DNA from: Squalus acanthias
Taxonomy: Eukaryota
Direction of reading: 5' to 3'
DNA length: 64,000 bases
NCBI GenBank assembly: GCA_030390025.1
Contig: CM059433.1
Location: forward strand, 6,760,001-6,824,000
The stretch's first letter is position 1, and each line of letters starts with the position of its first letter. Under the pieces are notes generated by a model that worked only from the letters and a program-made list of their open reading frames with translations, searched no databases and was not told the origin of the DNA. Positions 13,055 through 25,507 of the stretch are shown in pieces. Both the position numbers and the translations under genes were made by a program.

Positions 13055-13930
13055 ACAAAAACAGAAAATGGTGGAAACACTCCGGTCAGTCAGCATCTAC
13101 GGAGTGGAGTTAATGGGCTGGATTTTGATACTGGGGTGGGTTGGGGTCGTGTTATCCACCTGACTGCAATTGGATGTGGGAGATTGATGCGATTTTCACC
13201 TAATTGGGCAATTGAGTTCCAGCATGTGGGAACCCATGAACCAATTAGTGTTTTCAGTCTGAAAGTCGCCTCTGATGATGTCATCATTGCTGCTGCATTG
13301 AAGGTCAGAGACTGCCTGGCCTTTGCTGTGAGAGGACCTGGATGCAAAATGAGCAGCAGCAGCCCAAAGTCTGCTCCCAGATATTTTTGCACCACCACTC
13401 CCAGATATGTCTCCCATCCACCACCACTCCCAGATATTCCATCCATCCATCCATCCAGCCAAACAGCTAGCCAGCCAGCCAAATGTGCTCCTGCCAGGTT
13501 TCACATTCGTGGTTCAGAACAGGCGTGCTTCATGTAGAAAAAGGGTTAAAATCACAAAGGCCTTTCAAAATGGCATTATAGAGGCAATTTAGTGCTTGTT
13601 AAGGGCCTTAACAGCCTATCCCGCCTCTTAGAGGCGGGACGGAGTCGGGACCAGCAGACACGATTTAATGAAAATTGCGTGGAGGCGGGATGGAGGCGGG
13701 CTTGTGCCCGCCCGCCAGTTTTCGCAATTTTATGCCCCCACACGCCTCCAAACCCACCTCCACGGGTCAATGAAAATCCAGCCCAATGTCTCAAGGTGTG
13801 ATCCTTCGTCAGAACAGGGCCACAACTGCAATGTCAACTCATCTGTTTGCTCCACAGCTGCTGCCTGACCTGCTGAGTGTTGCCCAGCATTTTCAGTTCG
13901 TGATTCAGGTTTCCTGCATTTGCAGGGTTT
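13055..13930. mobile_element. Old Penelope family B fold-back remnant split by a MITE
   Basis: Minus-strand arm at 13055-13114 continues at 13788-13815 (ccttcgtcagaac). A + strand arm follows at ~13830-13930. Confidence 0.6.
13115..13784. mobile_element. PIF/Harbinger-type MITE
   Basis: TIRs gggctggatttt / aaaatccagccc; 3-bp TSD AAT (13112-13114 / 13785-13787); second copy at 63920. Confidence 0.8.
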
Positions 13931-13981
13931 TTTTTGCTCTTTGTTTGAAGGCGAACCTGCACTTGATAAAAGAGCTGGATG

Positions 13982-14410
13982 AACATAAGAAATAGGAGCA
14001 GGAGTCGGCCATTCGGCCCCTCGAGCCTGCTCCGCCATTTAATGAGATCATGGCTGATCTGATCTTGGCCTCAACTCCACTTTCCCGCTCTCTCCCCATA
14101 ACCCTTGATCCCGCTGTAGCTCAAATATCTGTCTATCTCCGCCTTGAATATATTCAATGACTCCGTCTCCACAACTCTCTGGGGCAGAGAATTCCAAAGA
14201 TTCACGACCCTCTGAGAAGAAATTCCTCCTCATCTCCATTTTAAATGGGCGACCCCTTATTCTGAAACTATGCCCCCTAGTTCTAGATTCCCCCACGAGG
14301 GGAAACATCCTCTCAGCATCTACCCTGTCAATCCCTCTCAGAGTCTTACATGTTTCAATAAGATCACCTCTCATTCTTCTAAACTCCAATGAGTATAGGC
14401 TCAACCTTTC
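13982..14410 (-). mobile_element. CR1 3' fragment
   Basis: LYSLEFRRMRGDLIET...RGHSFRIRGRPFK plus the 3' UTR. Confidence 0.9.
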
Positions 14411-14724
14411 TGTTTAGTATATGTTTAGTAATGGGGTTGAAAGTTATAAGGATCAGTGGAGACGGAAACAATCAAATAGTGCGTAAAATATAATGGTTGC
14501 CAAGCTGCAGTGGCCATAGAAATGTCGCCTCATGGAAAGCAACCAGAGGTGAATAATGTAAATTGTAAGGCAGATAAATATTCGAGAGCTTCACACCAAG
14601 ACATTGGGCAGGGGATACGGGAGAAACTGCACAGAACATTCTTTGAAGCGATTATATTAATTGGGTACAATCCAGAGAGTCTCTGGGGAATCATTGGCAT
14701 TTTCTTGCTGCATTATTTTCTATG

Positions 14725-15416
14725 GGGGCAAAATTGGGTCGCGCCCCCTTTGGGGCGCTAACTTCGCCGGGGCGCTACTTTTAGTGCCCCGAAAAAAGTT
14801 AGCGCTCCCCGTGCCCGAAATTCATTGGTAGCGCCCGAAGAGGGAGGGGGGGGGGGGCGCTACTGGAAGCGCCCCGCCTCCCTCTTGGGGCGCTGCGAGT
14901 GAATATCGCAGCAATACGTACCGCGGTACTGCAGGCCTTCCTCCCCTTATTAAAGGGGAGGGGCCTAGCGCAGCGCGATCCGGGGCCCAGCTGGGCCACC
15001 AGGGATCGGAGTGCCGGCAAAAGAGCCCGGCACTCAAGAGGAGTGGCGGGCTCACGGAGTGCAGCCGGCACCCCGCGGGGGGGGGGGAGGGGGGGGGCCT
15101 TCACAGGAGGCCGTGGGGCAGGTGCTGGCAGGCGGCCAGCAACAAAAATGGCCGCCCTGCACCTCCCCTTTCATTTGCACCGCCCCGGCCGCACGTACGC
15201 CCCCCTGACCCTGTCGGACATGGCGTCCGGCGGTAAGTCAGGGGGCGCTACCGAAGATCGCGGCCGGGGCACTAACGGCTACCGCCGCCGCTAACCTCCT
15301 GCTGAATTTCACGGGAGGCGTTAGCGGCGCCGCGCCCGGGCGCTAGTTGCTTTGCGCCCCGTTAGCGCCCTCTTAGGGCATTAACGGGAGGTGCAAATCA
15401 ACCGAATATTTCCCCC
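14725..15416. mobile_element. GC/CpG-rich PIF/Harbinger-type MITE
   Basis: Imperfect TIRs ggggcaaaattgggt / accgaatatttccccc; 3-bp TSD ATG; many ggggcgct/agcgcccc subterminal motifs; related half copy at 33738-34171. Confidence 0.7.
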
Positions 15417-16024
15417 ATGTCCTTCTGTAAGAGGAAGAAGCGTGGAGCGAGAATAAAAATGGATCCATTGAAAACCCAGTTGGATCCATGAAATTTGAAC
15501 CAGTTCTCCACTTTTCTATTGTCGTGAATATTGTAGGTCAAGACACACAAAGTTCTTCTGGAAAAAATCCATCAGGTTTCTTAACGTTCCGTTTCTCTAA
15601 TTTATTCTAACGTGCCAACATTCAGTGCTGTGTACTCAAAATAATGACAACATGTATGAGAAGGAAGCTCATTAACCTTTTTATTCAGGTGAAACCAAAT
15701 AAAGCATTTCGGGAAGCACCTTAAACACGAACGAGGGTTTTGTGTAGATATGATTTTTTATTTTTTTTAAATGGAGGTTTTTTTTCGAACAAAGACAAAC
15801 CACACAAAAACATACTTCATTTGAAAGTCACTGCAACTGCCTCGTGAGAGTGGGAGGAGCTCGCGATTGTGCAGTCAAAGACATCTCAATATAATGGCTG
15901 AGGTGTGTAAAATATTTGCATGAAGGATATCCTCTTAGCCACGGCCACAAATTTCCTGAAACTTTATAGTTCTTTAAGTTTTTTTGTTATGTTTAAAAGA
16001 ACATGCTCCTCAAATGTCAGTTCG

Positions 16025-16043
16025 ACACACACACACACACACA
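16025..16043. repeat. (AC)n microsatellite
   Basis: About 9 AC units. Confidence 0.9.
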
Positions 16044-16549
16044 CCACTTTATACAAGACTGTAAGGTGGTCTGCTTTGGAGTGAATTTTGGCAGGAATAT
16101 TTAAACAATCTAGAGCGTTACTGTCAGTGTTCCTTCTTATAGTCCTCTAGTCACTAATGTGAGCGAAAAAAGTCAGTAGCAAATAAAACTAGAAAACCCC
16201 ATTTTATATTCACATTTGTGAGGCCAAGTAATGATTGTTATTTATTGCATTCATGGCTTTAAATTTTTTTATAAAGTTCAAAATGGTACATAAAGTAACA
16301 CAGGCAGTCTTTCCCACTAATTTAGAAGTAATGGTTAAAATATTCACGTTCGAATGAAATGCTTTGGATAATGTCAATGTGTTGTAAAAGTGTCACTGCA
16401 TCGCATGCAACTGGTGTCAAATCAACGGCGGCTAAATTTGTTCTGGTTTGGTTTCAGGCTCGTAACGGACAAGGCGCGCCTGAATCAACAGGCTTGAGGA
16501 CCGTCCTAAATTGATCCTTCGGCCTTACTGTAATAATCTGAGTGAGCTG

Positions 16550-16877
16550 CCGGTGGGGGAATCTAGACCGAGGGGGCACAGTTTCAGAATAAGAGGTCGC
16601 CCATTTAAGACGGAGATGAGGAGGAATTTCTTCTCTCAGAGGGTCGTGAATCTTTGGAATTCTCTTCCCCACAGAGCTGTGGAGGTGGAGTCACTGAATA
16701 TATTTAAGGTGGAGATAGACAGATTTTTGAACGATAAGGGAGTCAAGGGTTATGGGGAGCGGGCAAGGAAGTGGAGTTGAGGCCAAGACCAGATCAGCCA
16801 CGATCTTATTGAATGGCGGAGCAGGCTCGAGGGGCCGAATGGCCGACTCCTGCTCCTATTTCTTATGTTTTTATGTT
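16550..16877 (+). mobile_element. CR1 3' fragment
   Basis: GESRPRGHSFRIRGRPFKTEMRRNFFSQRVVNLWNSLP plus the 3' UTR. Confidence 0.9.
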
Positions 16878-17321
16878 CAGGTAAATCCTTAAAGGGGACC
16901 GGGAGAGAGGGGCGACCGGGAGGAAGGAAGCGGCGGACGGGATCGGGGAGGGTCAAAGTTGCGATCGGGTTGGGTAGGGAGATGGAGGTCACGATTGGGG
17001 AGTGGGGGGAAAGCGAGCAGAAGAGCAGTGGTCGGCAGCAGCCCACGTAGTTTGAATGCGGAGAGCTCCTCTTGGATCCATATTCAGGTAAGTCATTTTA
17101 ACAAACTGACCTTATGGTAGCAGCGTGCAGCGGTCCTTTTTAGGACTGCTCGTCAGACGTACATGGGCCTGGTTTTCCTGAAAGCCACAACGGCACCGGC
17201 TGCCTCGGGGCAACCTAATCTTGCAGTGGGGGCTTCAAACAGGAGGTCGGCCCCTTATATGCAGAAAGCCTAAAGCCCGTTTCCGGTGCGGGCCCCGAAC
17301 ACCTATTTTTTTTGCCTATAC

Positions 17322-17600
17322 CAACAACAACAACAACTTGTATTTATATAGCGCCTTTAACGTAGTAAAACGTCCCAAGGCGCTGCACAGGAGTATTTTA
17401 AGACAACAAATTTGACACCGAGCCACATAAGGAGAAATTAGGGCAGGTGACCAAAAGCTTGGTCAAAGAGGTAGGTTTTAAGGAGCGTCTTAAAGGAGGA
17501 GAGAGAGGTAGTGAGGCAGAGAGGTTTAGGGCAGGGAATTCCAGAGCTTAGGGCCTCGGCAACAGAAGGCACGGCCACCAATGGTTGAGCGATTATAATA
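17322..17600 (-). mobile_element. L2 3' fragment
   Basis: (caa)n cttgtatttatatagcgcctttaacg..., the reverse complement of the L2 tail. Confidence 0.85.
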
Positions 17601-17763
17601 GACCAACATGGCAGGCAACACTGCACTGCCGGCTTGTAACGAGCGAGCACTTTCTGCCATATTGGAAGTTCAGGCGCCCGCTCAGCCTCCAAAGAACGGC
17701 GCGGCGCCCTCAAATTTCTCGCCTTGCCACTTGCAATAAACTTTTCAACTTTGCAATTCTTCA

Positions 17764-18193
17764 GGGCAGCACGGTGGCATAGTGGTTAGCACTTGTGCCT
17801 CACAGCGCCAGAGACCCGGGTTCGAATCTGACCTCGGGTGACTGTCTGTGTGGAGTTTGCACATTCTCCCTGTGTCTGCGTGGGTTTCCTCCGGGTGCTC
17901 CGGTTTCCTCCCACAGTCCAAAAATGTGCGGGTTAGGTTGATTTGGCTATGATAAATTGACCCTTAGTGTTAGGGGGGGATTAAATATGTGGGGTTATAG
18001 GGATAGGATGGGATATGTTAGGGGGAATTAAATACGTGGGGTTACGGGGGTAGGGTGGGATATGTGTACTGTGGGGATTAAAGCAGGGGCAGGGTACTGG
18101 ATTTGGATGATCAGCCATGATCGTATTGAATGGTGGAGCAGGCTCGACGGGCCGAATGGCCTACTCCTGCTCCTAGATTCTATGTTTCTATGT
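17764..18193 (+). mobile_element. V-SINE (HE1-like), full length, with CR1-derived tail
   Basis: tRNA-like head (ggtggcatagtggttagc; gggttcgaat), V-domain gtgtggagtttgcacattctccc.gtgtctgcgtgggtttcctccgggtgctccggtttcctcccaca, and a tail matching the local CR1 3' UTR. Confidence 0.85.
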
Positions 18194-18331
18194 TTTTTTT
18201 TTCTTTATTGAGATTTCACACAGTCTCGATATGATGGCTACATTATCTAAACATTTTCATGAAAAATACGCTCTATAACCTGACTACTATTTTCTGAAGC
18301 TTCGCGTTGGTTTAGTTTTTCTTCTTACGTA

Positions 18332-18670
18332 GAAACATGGAAGATAGGAGCAGGAGTCGGCCATTCGGCCCCTTGAGCCTGCTCCGCCATTCAATATGAT
18401 CATGGCTGATCATCCAATTTCAGTACCCTGTACCTGCTTTCTCCCCATATCCCTTGATCCCCTTAGCCTTAAGAAATATATCTAACTCCTTCTTGAATAT
18501 ATTTAATGAATTGGACTCAACTGTCTTCTGTGGTAGAGAATTCCACAGGTTCATCACTCTCTGGGTGAAGAAATTCCTCCTCATCTCAGTCCTAAATGGT
18601 TACCCCTTATCTTTAGACTGTGACCCCTGGTTCTGGACTCCCCCGCCATCGGGAACATCCTTCCTGCATC
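18332..18670 (-). mobile_element. CR1 3' fragment
   Basis: Near-identical to 11403-11750. Confidence 0.9.
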
Positions 18671-18879
18671 TTAAAGGCAGTTTTATGCTAACTCTGGTTC
18701 AGTTTGGATGCCAGGAGTCCGAACGTCCATGAACCAGTTCCCCATGTTTACCCTGCTCAATTCAACTCTCCGATCCCTGCAGCAGAGTTGTGGACCCCTG
18801 AAAAACTGGGGTCTACAACACTGCTGCTGGGGATAAGGGATTTAGTAATGCAGATACAGGGAGCTGGTTCACAGATATC

Positions 18880-19240
18880 CCTACCCAACAAAAATCTATC
18901 CATCTCAGCTTTGAAATTGTCAATTGCCCCAAGCCTCAACAGCTTCTTCGGGGGATAGATTTCCAGATTTCCACTACCATTGTGTGAAGAAGTGCTTCGC
19001 GATATCGCCTGTGAACGGCCGAGACGTAATTTTACAGTTATGTCCTGTTGCTCTGGATACCCCGGCCCGAGGAAATGGTTTCTCTCTCTCTCTCTACCCT
19101 ATCAAATCCTTTAATCATCTTAAACACCTCAATTAGATTCATCCCTTAATCTTCTATACTCTAGCGAATAAAAGCCTAGTCTATACAATCTGTCCTCATA
19201 ATTTAACCTTTTTTTGGTCCCGGTATCATTCTGGTGAATT
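18880..19240 (-). mobile_element. Old CR1 fragment
   Basis: IDNFKAEMDRFLLGRDI; degenerate CR1 ORF2 end. Confidence 0.65.
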
Positions 19241-19863
19241 TCTAGCCCAGTCGATGACCTGCCTCTTGCAGCCTTTGTTGGCACTGACTGACCGTGTATC
19301 TTTTCTTTTTATTACTCCTCAGCACACCGAGTGGGACTTTATTCCTGTTGCCTCCTCCTAACCTATCCAGCGGTTGGTCAACATAGCTGCCAATCAAACC
19401 TGCTACCCACCCCTCCAAAGAATGGGTTCTCACCAAACTACCCTGATCCTTGCTAAGCTGAGCAATATCAACAATATTAGGTGTGGATGTTTCCTGGGAG
19501 CTCAGACAAGATAATAAATGACTTATTATCCCCAGTGTTGGTGGAACACATCATCAATTCCAGGATCACCAACATATCAAACTCCACACTGTCATGGCAG
19601 GCACAGCATCTGGCTGCAAGAGGAACTTTAAACCTTTGCAAACCCACTGTAATTTAAAACACATGACTTAAATGTAACATATTTCCGGTTCCTTTCTGTG
19701 GAAAATTAGTCACAAAATTTTGAAACATGACATTTACATTGGCCCTGATTTCCCTCCAACTTTTCATTTTTTTCATTTTCACTTTACTTTTTTCCAAACT
19801 AATGTCTTACCCATTCTAACTTTTCGCAAACGATTCTAAAACAGTTAAAGGAGGGCAGTCCAA

Positions 19864-19937
19864 GGAAAGAGAGAAAGAAAGAAAGAGAGGAAGAAAGAGA
19901 GAGAGAAAGAGAGAAAGAAAGAAAGAGAGAAAGAAAG

Positions 19938-19982
<45 letters not shown>

Positions 19983-20213
19983 AAGAGAGAGAGAAGAGAA
20001 GAAAGAGAAAGAAAGAGAGAGAAAGAGAGAGAAAGAAAGAAAGAGAGAGAGAGAGAAAGAAAGAGAGAAAGAAAGAGAGAGAGAGAGAAAGAAAGAGAGA
20101 AAGAAAGAAAGAAAGAGAGAGAGAAAGAAAGAAAGAGAGAAAGAAAGAGAGAAGAGAAAGAAAGAAAGAGAGAAAGAAAGAGAGAAAGAAAGAGAGAAAG
20201 AAAGAGAAGAAAG
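19864..20213. repeat. Compound (GA)n/(GAAA)n polypurine microsatellite, ~350 bp
   Basis: Purine-only run contiguous with a SINE tail. Confidence 0.97.
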
Positions 20214-20445
20214 ACTTGCATTTCTACAGCGCCTTTCACGACCACCGGACATCTCAAAGTGCTTTACAGCCAATGAAGTACTATTTTTGAAGTGGAGTCA
20301 CTGTTGTAACGTGGGAATCGCAGCAGCCAATTTGTGCACAGCAAGCTCCCACAAACAGCAATGTGATAATGACCAGATAATCTGTTTTTGTTATGTTGGT
20401 TGAGGGATAAATATTGGCCCCAGGACACTGGGGATAACTCCCCTG
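20212..20445 (-). mobile_element. Deu-domain SINE, 3' half
   Basis: Same family; its tail runs into the GA/GAAA microsatellite. Confidence 0.85.
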
Positions 20446-22257
20446 CAAGGAAACTAAAATGATCATCCGCCGTGTTTGATTACAGCTCGGGTTTTTGGAA
20501 TTTGATTAATTCTTGGTATTGCAGTCGCAGTTTCTGATGGCTCAGTAATGGACTCCCTAATCGAATCATTGCTGTGGCCTCCCTGACCAAAGTTTCTTTC
20601 AGCAGACAGGGTGGCCCATTATCCAATAAACATATAAAACACAACCCGGTTTAAAAAAATACACACCTGTGAGTAGAACTTCTGGTCAATGGAGTTCAGA
20701 AAAGGAGGCTTAAATGTACTCGTGCATTCCTGTGCGTGCTATTGTTCCACAGGGATTAATCCACTAATGGATGATCAGACGTTCTATCCTTAGAGTTACC
20801 ATCGTACTTTCCACAGAGTAATTATGCAATAGTGACCATGTTTCCTGAATTTCAGGAGTCTGTATTCTGTGCTGCTCTCCTGACAGTTGTCTGTACGTCT
20901 CACCTGTGTATGTATGTCCCGTTTACAGATATTTGGGGAGCAGTCTCTAAAAATTCAGATAACAGTAACAACTGCAGAGTCCTTACTTCTGCAATGCCAT
21001 AATAAGCAGCAAAGGTAGTCTTTAAAGAATATAGGTTAGACGCAGGTTACCTACATTACACGTATTTTTTAAATTCCTATTTTCATTTTATCTCTAATTT
21101 TCTTCTATTTTACTTTCCCCCGACCCCCCTCCCCATCCACTAACACACGGACTCTGCCAACTCAGACAATGTTGACCGTGGACAACTCCATGACCTTGAT
21201 GGCCGTCTCCCAAATGGTGGGATTCAATACTACTTTTATTGCCCTTCTATATGCTGCAGCCTTCACCACAACTTCTGCTGTTTAAACTTTTCCGCCCCAT
21301 CCTTTGAAAGTTATAGCTTGCACTATTATTTTAATAGGTCTCTTGGCTCCGAGAGATGTGATGGTCTATTTGCACATTGACATAATCATGTACACCCATG
21401 TTTGCAGATACAGTGTTTTGTTTTGCAAGACATTCGAGACCCTTTAAAAAACCACAACCCTCATTCTATTATTGACGTTCTCCTATTACCTTCCACATGT
21501 ACTAAAGAGTTCCTTCATTTCTCAAAAACCACAAGCCCACACCCATTTTTATTTGGTAACGTCCAACTGTCTCTTTGAGTAACAAGAGATTTTTGGGGCC
21601 TCTTTTTAAAAAAATATTTAAGTTTTAATTGTCCTTATTTCAATTTTTAAAAATTACAAACTGAAACCAAAACGCAAGGTGCTCACAATTTTGCTGCCGG
21701 TGACTGTGTGTAATATGAATCTGCTGCGGGAATGGCACAACAAAGACCAGCCAAGCAGAGCGCATCAGCGGTAATATTCCTTTCACCATCCTCAAGCAGC
21801 TGAAGAGCAATTTAATTTGAACAAACGACAATTATTTTGCTCATCCAGCTATGGAGTGCACAGAAGTTTTGAAAAATGGCAGAATGAGAATTGAGGAAAG
21901 CATAGTTCACCGACTAGGCTGTGAGGGTCCTGACTGACAGCATTTTAGGCAGTGCCAATAACTATTTGGGCATGGGGGTGGGGGGGGGGGCGGAGAATCT
22001 GGCACTGGACACAAACAGCAGGGCAGTGCATCACAGACTGGGTCTGTTAGCTCGCTGGCTTTAGGGGACTTCATCCACCGACGAGAAAACAATATGCACT
22101 CGAGCAAAGTTTTGCTCGTTCAAAGTTTAATCCTGCTGATAAGGTAAAATAGTTACCAAACCAAGCTAACTTGATTCTGGGAAACGAGGTCCATCCAGTA
22201 TACAGCGCTTTGCGCTCAATCTTCCCCGGGTCGAATCCAAAGCCCCGCAACAATTTG

Positions 22258-22395
22258 CCAGTTTTTATGAAAGGTCATCGACCTCCGACCTAAACTCAGT
22301 TTCTCTCTCCACAGACACTGCCTGACCTGCCGAGTGTCTCCAGCATTTTCTCTTTTTATTTCAGATTTCCAGCATCCGCAGTATTTTGCTTTTGA
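22258..22395 (+). mobile_element. Penelope family B terminal fragment, degraded
   Basis: atgaaaggtcatcgacct...ctcagtttctctctccacagacactgcctgacctgc.gagt...tcagatttccagcatccgcagtattttgct matches 34561-34690. Confidence 0.7.
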
Positions 22396-22714
22396 CACTT
22401 CTTATACCTTTCTGAGCTACAAATCACTAAACTAAATGTCCTTAAAAGGCAGACAGCTACCTCTCTAAAATACAAGGATCTAAAATACAAGAACTATTGA
22501 TTGACTTGGGTCAGATGACTTCATTTATAATGCTATTTCCCATGTTCTAAACTTCTCCTACCTCTCTAGTGCCAGGCTGGGTTCTCTCTCAGGGTAAAGA
22601 TGCAGTTGCTTATCTTCAATAAGGCTCCAAAAGCCTTCCTTCGAATGAATGGAGTATTTCTCTCTCTCTCTCTCTGGTTTTGGTATAGAGGGAGCCTTTC
22701 TGCCAACGTGTGTG

Positions 22715-23115
22715 CTGAAGTTAGTAACGCTTTCTTACCCATGGCCCATAGAACAGTGGACCTCTGGGAACAGGCTCCCAGCTTGTGCGGTGGACACCAA
22801 TTCGCAGAATTCCTTCAAGCAAAAAAGCTGGACCAGTTTCTGGCCAGGGGCGGAGATCACCCCGTACAAAAGCTCGGTACTGGATAGAATTATCAGAGCC
22901 AGAGTGATCGCCTGAGGTGGTTGGAGAGGATTTTGCCAGATTTTTTTATTCCCAAATTGGCCTGAGTTTTTTTAATCTGTTTTTTTTTTGCCTCTCCCAG
23001 GAGATCCCATGGTTTCGGGTGGGGCGGAGAGTTTATATATTGCGACACATAAGGCACCACAATTTGTGTGGGACAAGCTGGATGGACCAAAGGGTCTTTT
23101 CCCTGTCCGTCGTTG
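22715..23115 (+). mobile_element. Old CR1-like 3' end
   Basis: HRTVDLW..LPA..V....NSFK.KLDQFL, and the tail ctggatggaccaaagggtcttttccctgtccgtc. Confidence 0.6.
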
Positions 23116-23688
23116 TCCGCAGGTCTCCTTACGCGTCAGCTCAAGGTTGACGGCTGCAAATCCCTATCAAAAGGTCAGGTGATGATACTATTTGGACACC
23201 AGAACTGAGGGCCCAAGAGGCTCAACAAATTTGAACTTAAAAAAAAAAATCACCATGCAAGTGTTGTGAGGTTGATGCAGTGCGAGAGGTGTTTCAGTGA
23301 GGAAGGTTCTGTTGTGGCACCCCCCTTACCATCTGCTAATCCTGTGTTCTTTGTTGCCGTGGTCTTGGGGGGGTTTGGGAGGGAGCTCACAGGACGGACG
23401 CCCAAATTCCCTGATATTTCCCCAGCTGCCAACACAATCCACGCTCGACTCACTTTGCCTGGCATAAGCCGATGGATGGATCTTCTTACAGTGAAGAATG
23501 AGAACTGTAGAAGTCTAGTGAGCTCTAGAAGCCCTTTGTCCTCTTGGCAGTAGGTGCTGAATAGCACAGAGCCAGAGGGAGGGACAGACAAGTCTAAATA
23601 TTCACATTTGTGCCTTCTTGTCTGGTGAAAACCCAATGAAGATAAAAACAAACTGAAATATGCTGCAGTGCAGGGAATACAGTCCTAC

Positions 23689-23783
23689 CTTAGCTTCATC
23701 ATTGATGTCCCATGTAAAGGAGATGGCATTGTAAGCGATTTCTTCAATGTTACTAATTGTGTTAAAACTTTCTTTGTAATCAG
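23689..23783 (-). CDS. GRHL1: GRHL1 coding exon 8
   Basis: Translates (A)[31 protein letters not shown], matching GRHL1 as I recall it. Acceptor tttctgcag, donor AAG|gtagga; 95 bp. Confidence 0.97.
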
Positions 23784-23867
23784 CTGCAGAAAAACAACAG
23801 CAATAAGGGACTGATCAGAAAGAGTTTTAATAAGCCATCCCATATTTGAACTGTATAAATTCTGCCT

Positions 23868-23901
<34 letters not shown>
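23868..23901. repeat. (CA)n microsatellite
   Basis: About 17 CA units; reads (UG)n in the pre-mRNA ~85 nt upstream of the exon 8 acceptor. Confidence 0.95.
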
Positions 23902-23905
<4 letters not shown>

Positions 23906-25507
23906 ACACATACGCAGACACACAATATTTTGCCATTCGCAAAATTCCTGTCTGTACAACGAATCGCCGTTTTGCCAGCGACCACACCACATGGAAAATG
24001 ATTTATACTCAAGGCTGGATTTTCTGAATCGACGTGGATCTTCACACACTGAAAGCACATATTGGGAACTCGGGTGTAGTGGCCCTGCAGGATTTCTGAT
24101 TCATCAAAGTTAATGGCTGGGAAATCCTGTGGGGGCCCGAGGGCCTCAAGGTCCCAATTCTCAACGTGCGTCCCCAATGTGTGAAACACCGCGTCGGGAG
24201 CACAAATTCATAAAATGCCTCCTTAAATTTACTTGACCCCCAGAGAGCACCCGAAGAGAAACACAATTTAAAACATTGTTTTTGAAGAAATTAAATTTGC
24301 ACCAAAGGTTCAAAATTCAGCCTCCAGGGGAACAGAGTCAGTAATTAAAACGTCCTAACCAGTTTTTCTTTTCTACAGAAGCTGAATGTACACACAAAAA
24401 AAAAGGATTCCTTCCTACTGACCTGAGCTTGTAATTTTCGGGGATAGGAGAATTTGAGTATGAATCGGGGGTACATTAAGTGCTAATCTGCTCCGTTCCC
24501 CCTTGTATAATATTTTAGACTGTGTTGCTGCCATCAGACCCATCTGATTTTCATAGAGGTCTTGTTGCTTCACTAAGTACCCGAGAATTGGCGTTCTCTG
24601 GCAGTCTGGCTGGATTATGTCTGGATTACTCATTCCAAATGGTCTCGGTGAAACTTCAAAGCGGAGGGCCTAGGGGCTATCTGTCCGAAGCATTCGTTTT
24701 CCTAGTAGTCTGGGAGAGCTGGAGGGTAAGGGGAAGTTAACTGACTAAATTACACGTTTGCCTGGTGTCAAGGAAAGCTACTCATCATTTTGCTGACACT
24801 CTAGAGAGCCACTCCCCTCACACACTAGCAATTTGTGTTTCTTAAGAAGTCTAGATTCATTTAATCTGAATATTGGCGTCCAAGGTCTGTGCTAATCTGA
24901 ATCTTGCCTCTTTATACCTTGCACCATGGCTCCTTCACTAAGCTAAGTATCTTGTCTAAAACATGTACCTCAGTATACATGACGTGTGCAAGGCACTGAA
25001 AGAGGCTTAAGGAAAGGTTCTAACTCTGTTTACCTTTACCTTCAACTGTAAAGTTCTGTTGCGAAATCAATCCAGGGTTTCACATGAGAAACTATTAAAA
25101 AAAAATCTATTCAGGTCAGACTCATATAACAATAGTCACCGACGCCTTGCATGACAACCAGCTGTGTCTAACCTATAATTATTAAAGCTTTGCAATTGGT
25201 GTTAGATTGCAAGATAAAACTCTGCCTTTCAGCAGTTTAAGTGGAGGAAAGAAAGGAATTAGCATATGTCAGCTTACATCATCAACCTCCTCATGACTAT
25301 GACTAGACATCCTCCTTAAAATCCTCGGCCGTGAAGGATCATCTGGTCAAGCCTCCTGAGATAAAGTCATCCTCAGCATGACCCTGGGCTTCTGCCGAGC
25401 TGCAGCCGGGCATGTTCCCACTCTGGTGACTGCAGTTGGACACTCTCATCAGTCAAGACTGATTGTCCGCAGAACATTGAACACATCCGACTCTCTGCCC
25501 AGACCCG

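Noticed and set aside
14899..15294. GC-rich ORFs or a possible CpG-island promoter of a nested gene
   Set aside because: Lies within a TIR/TSD-bounded MITE that has a second partial copy; ORFs arise easily in GC-rich DNA.
19799..20273. Leu/Ser/Phe-rich ORFs
   Set aside because: Translation of the (TC)/(TTTC) microsatellite.
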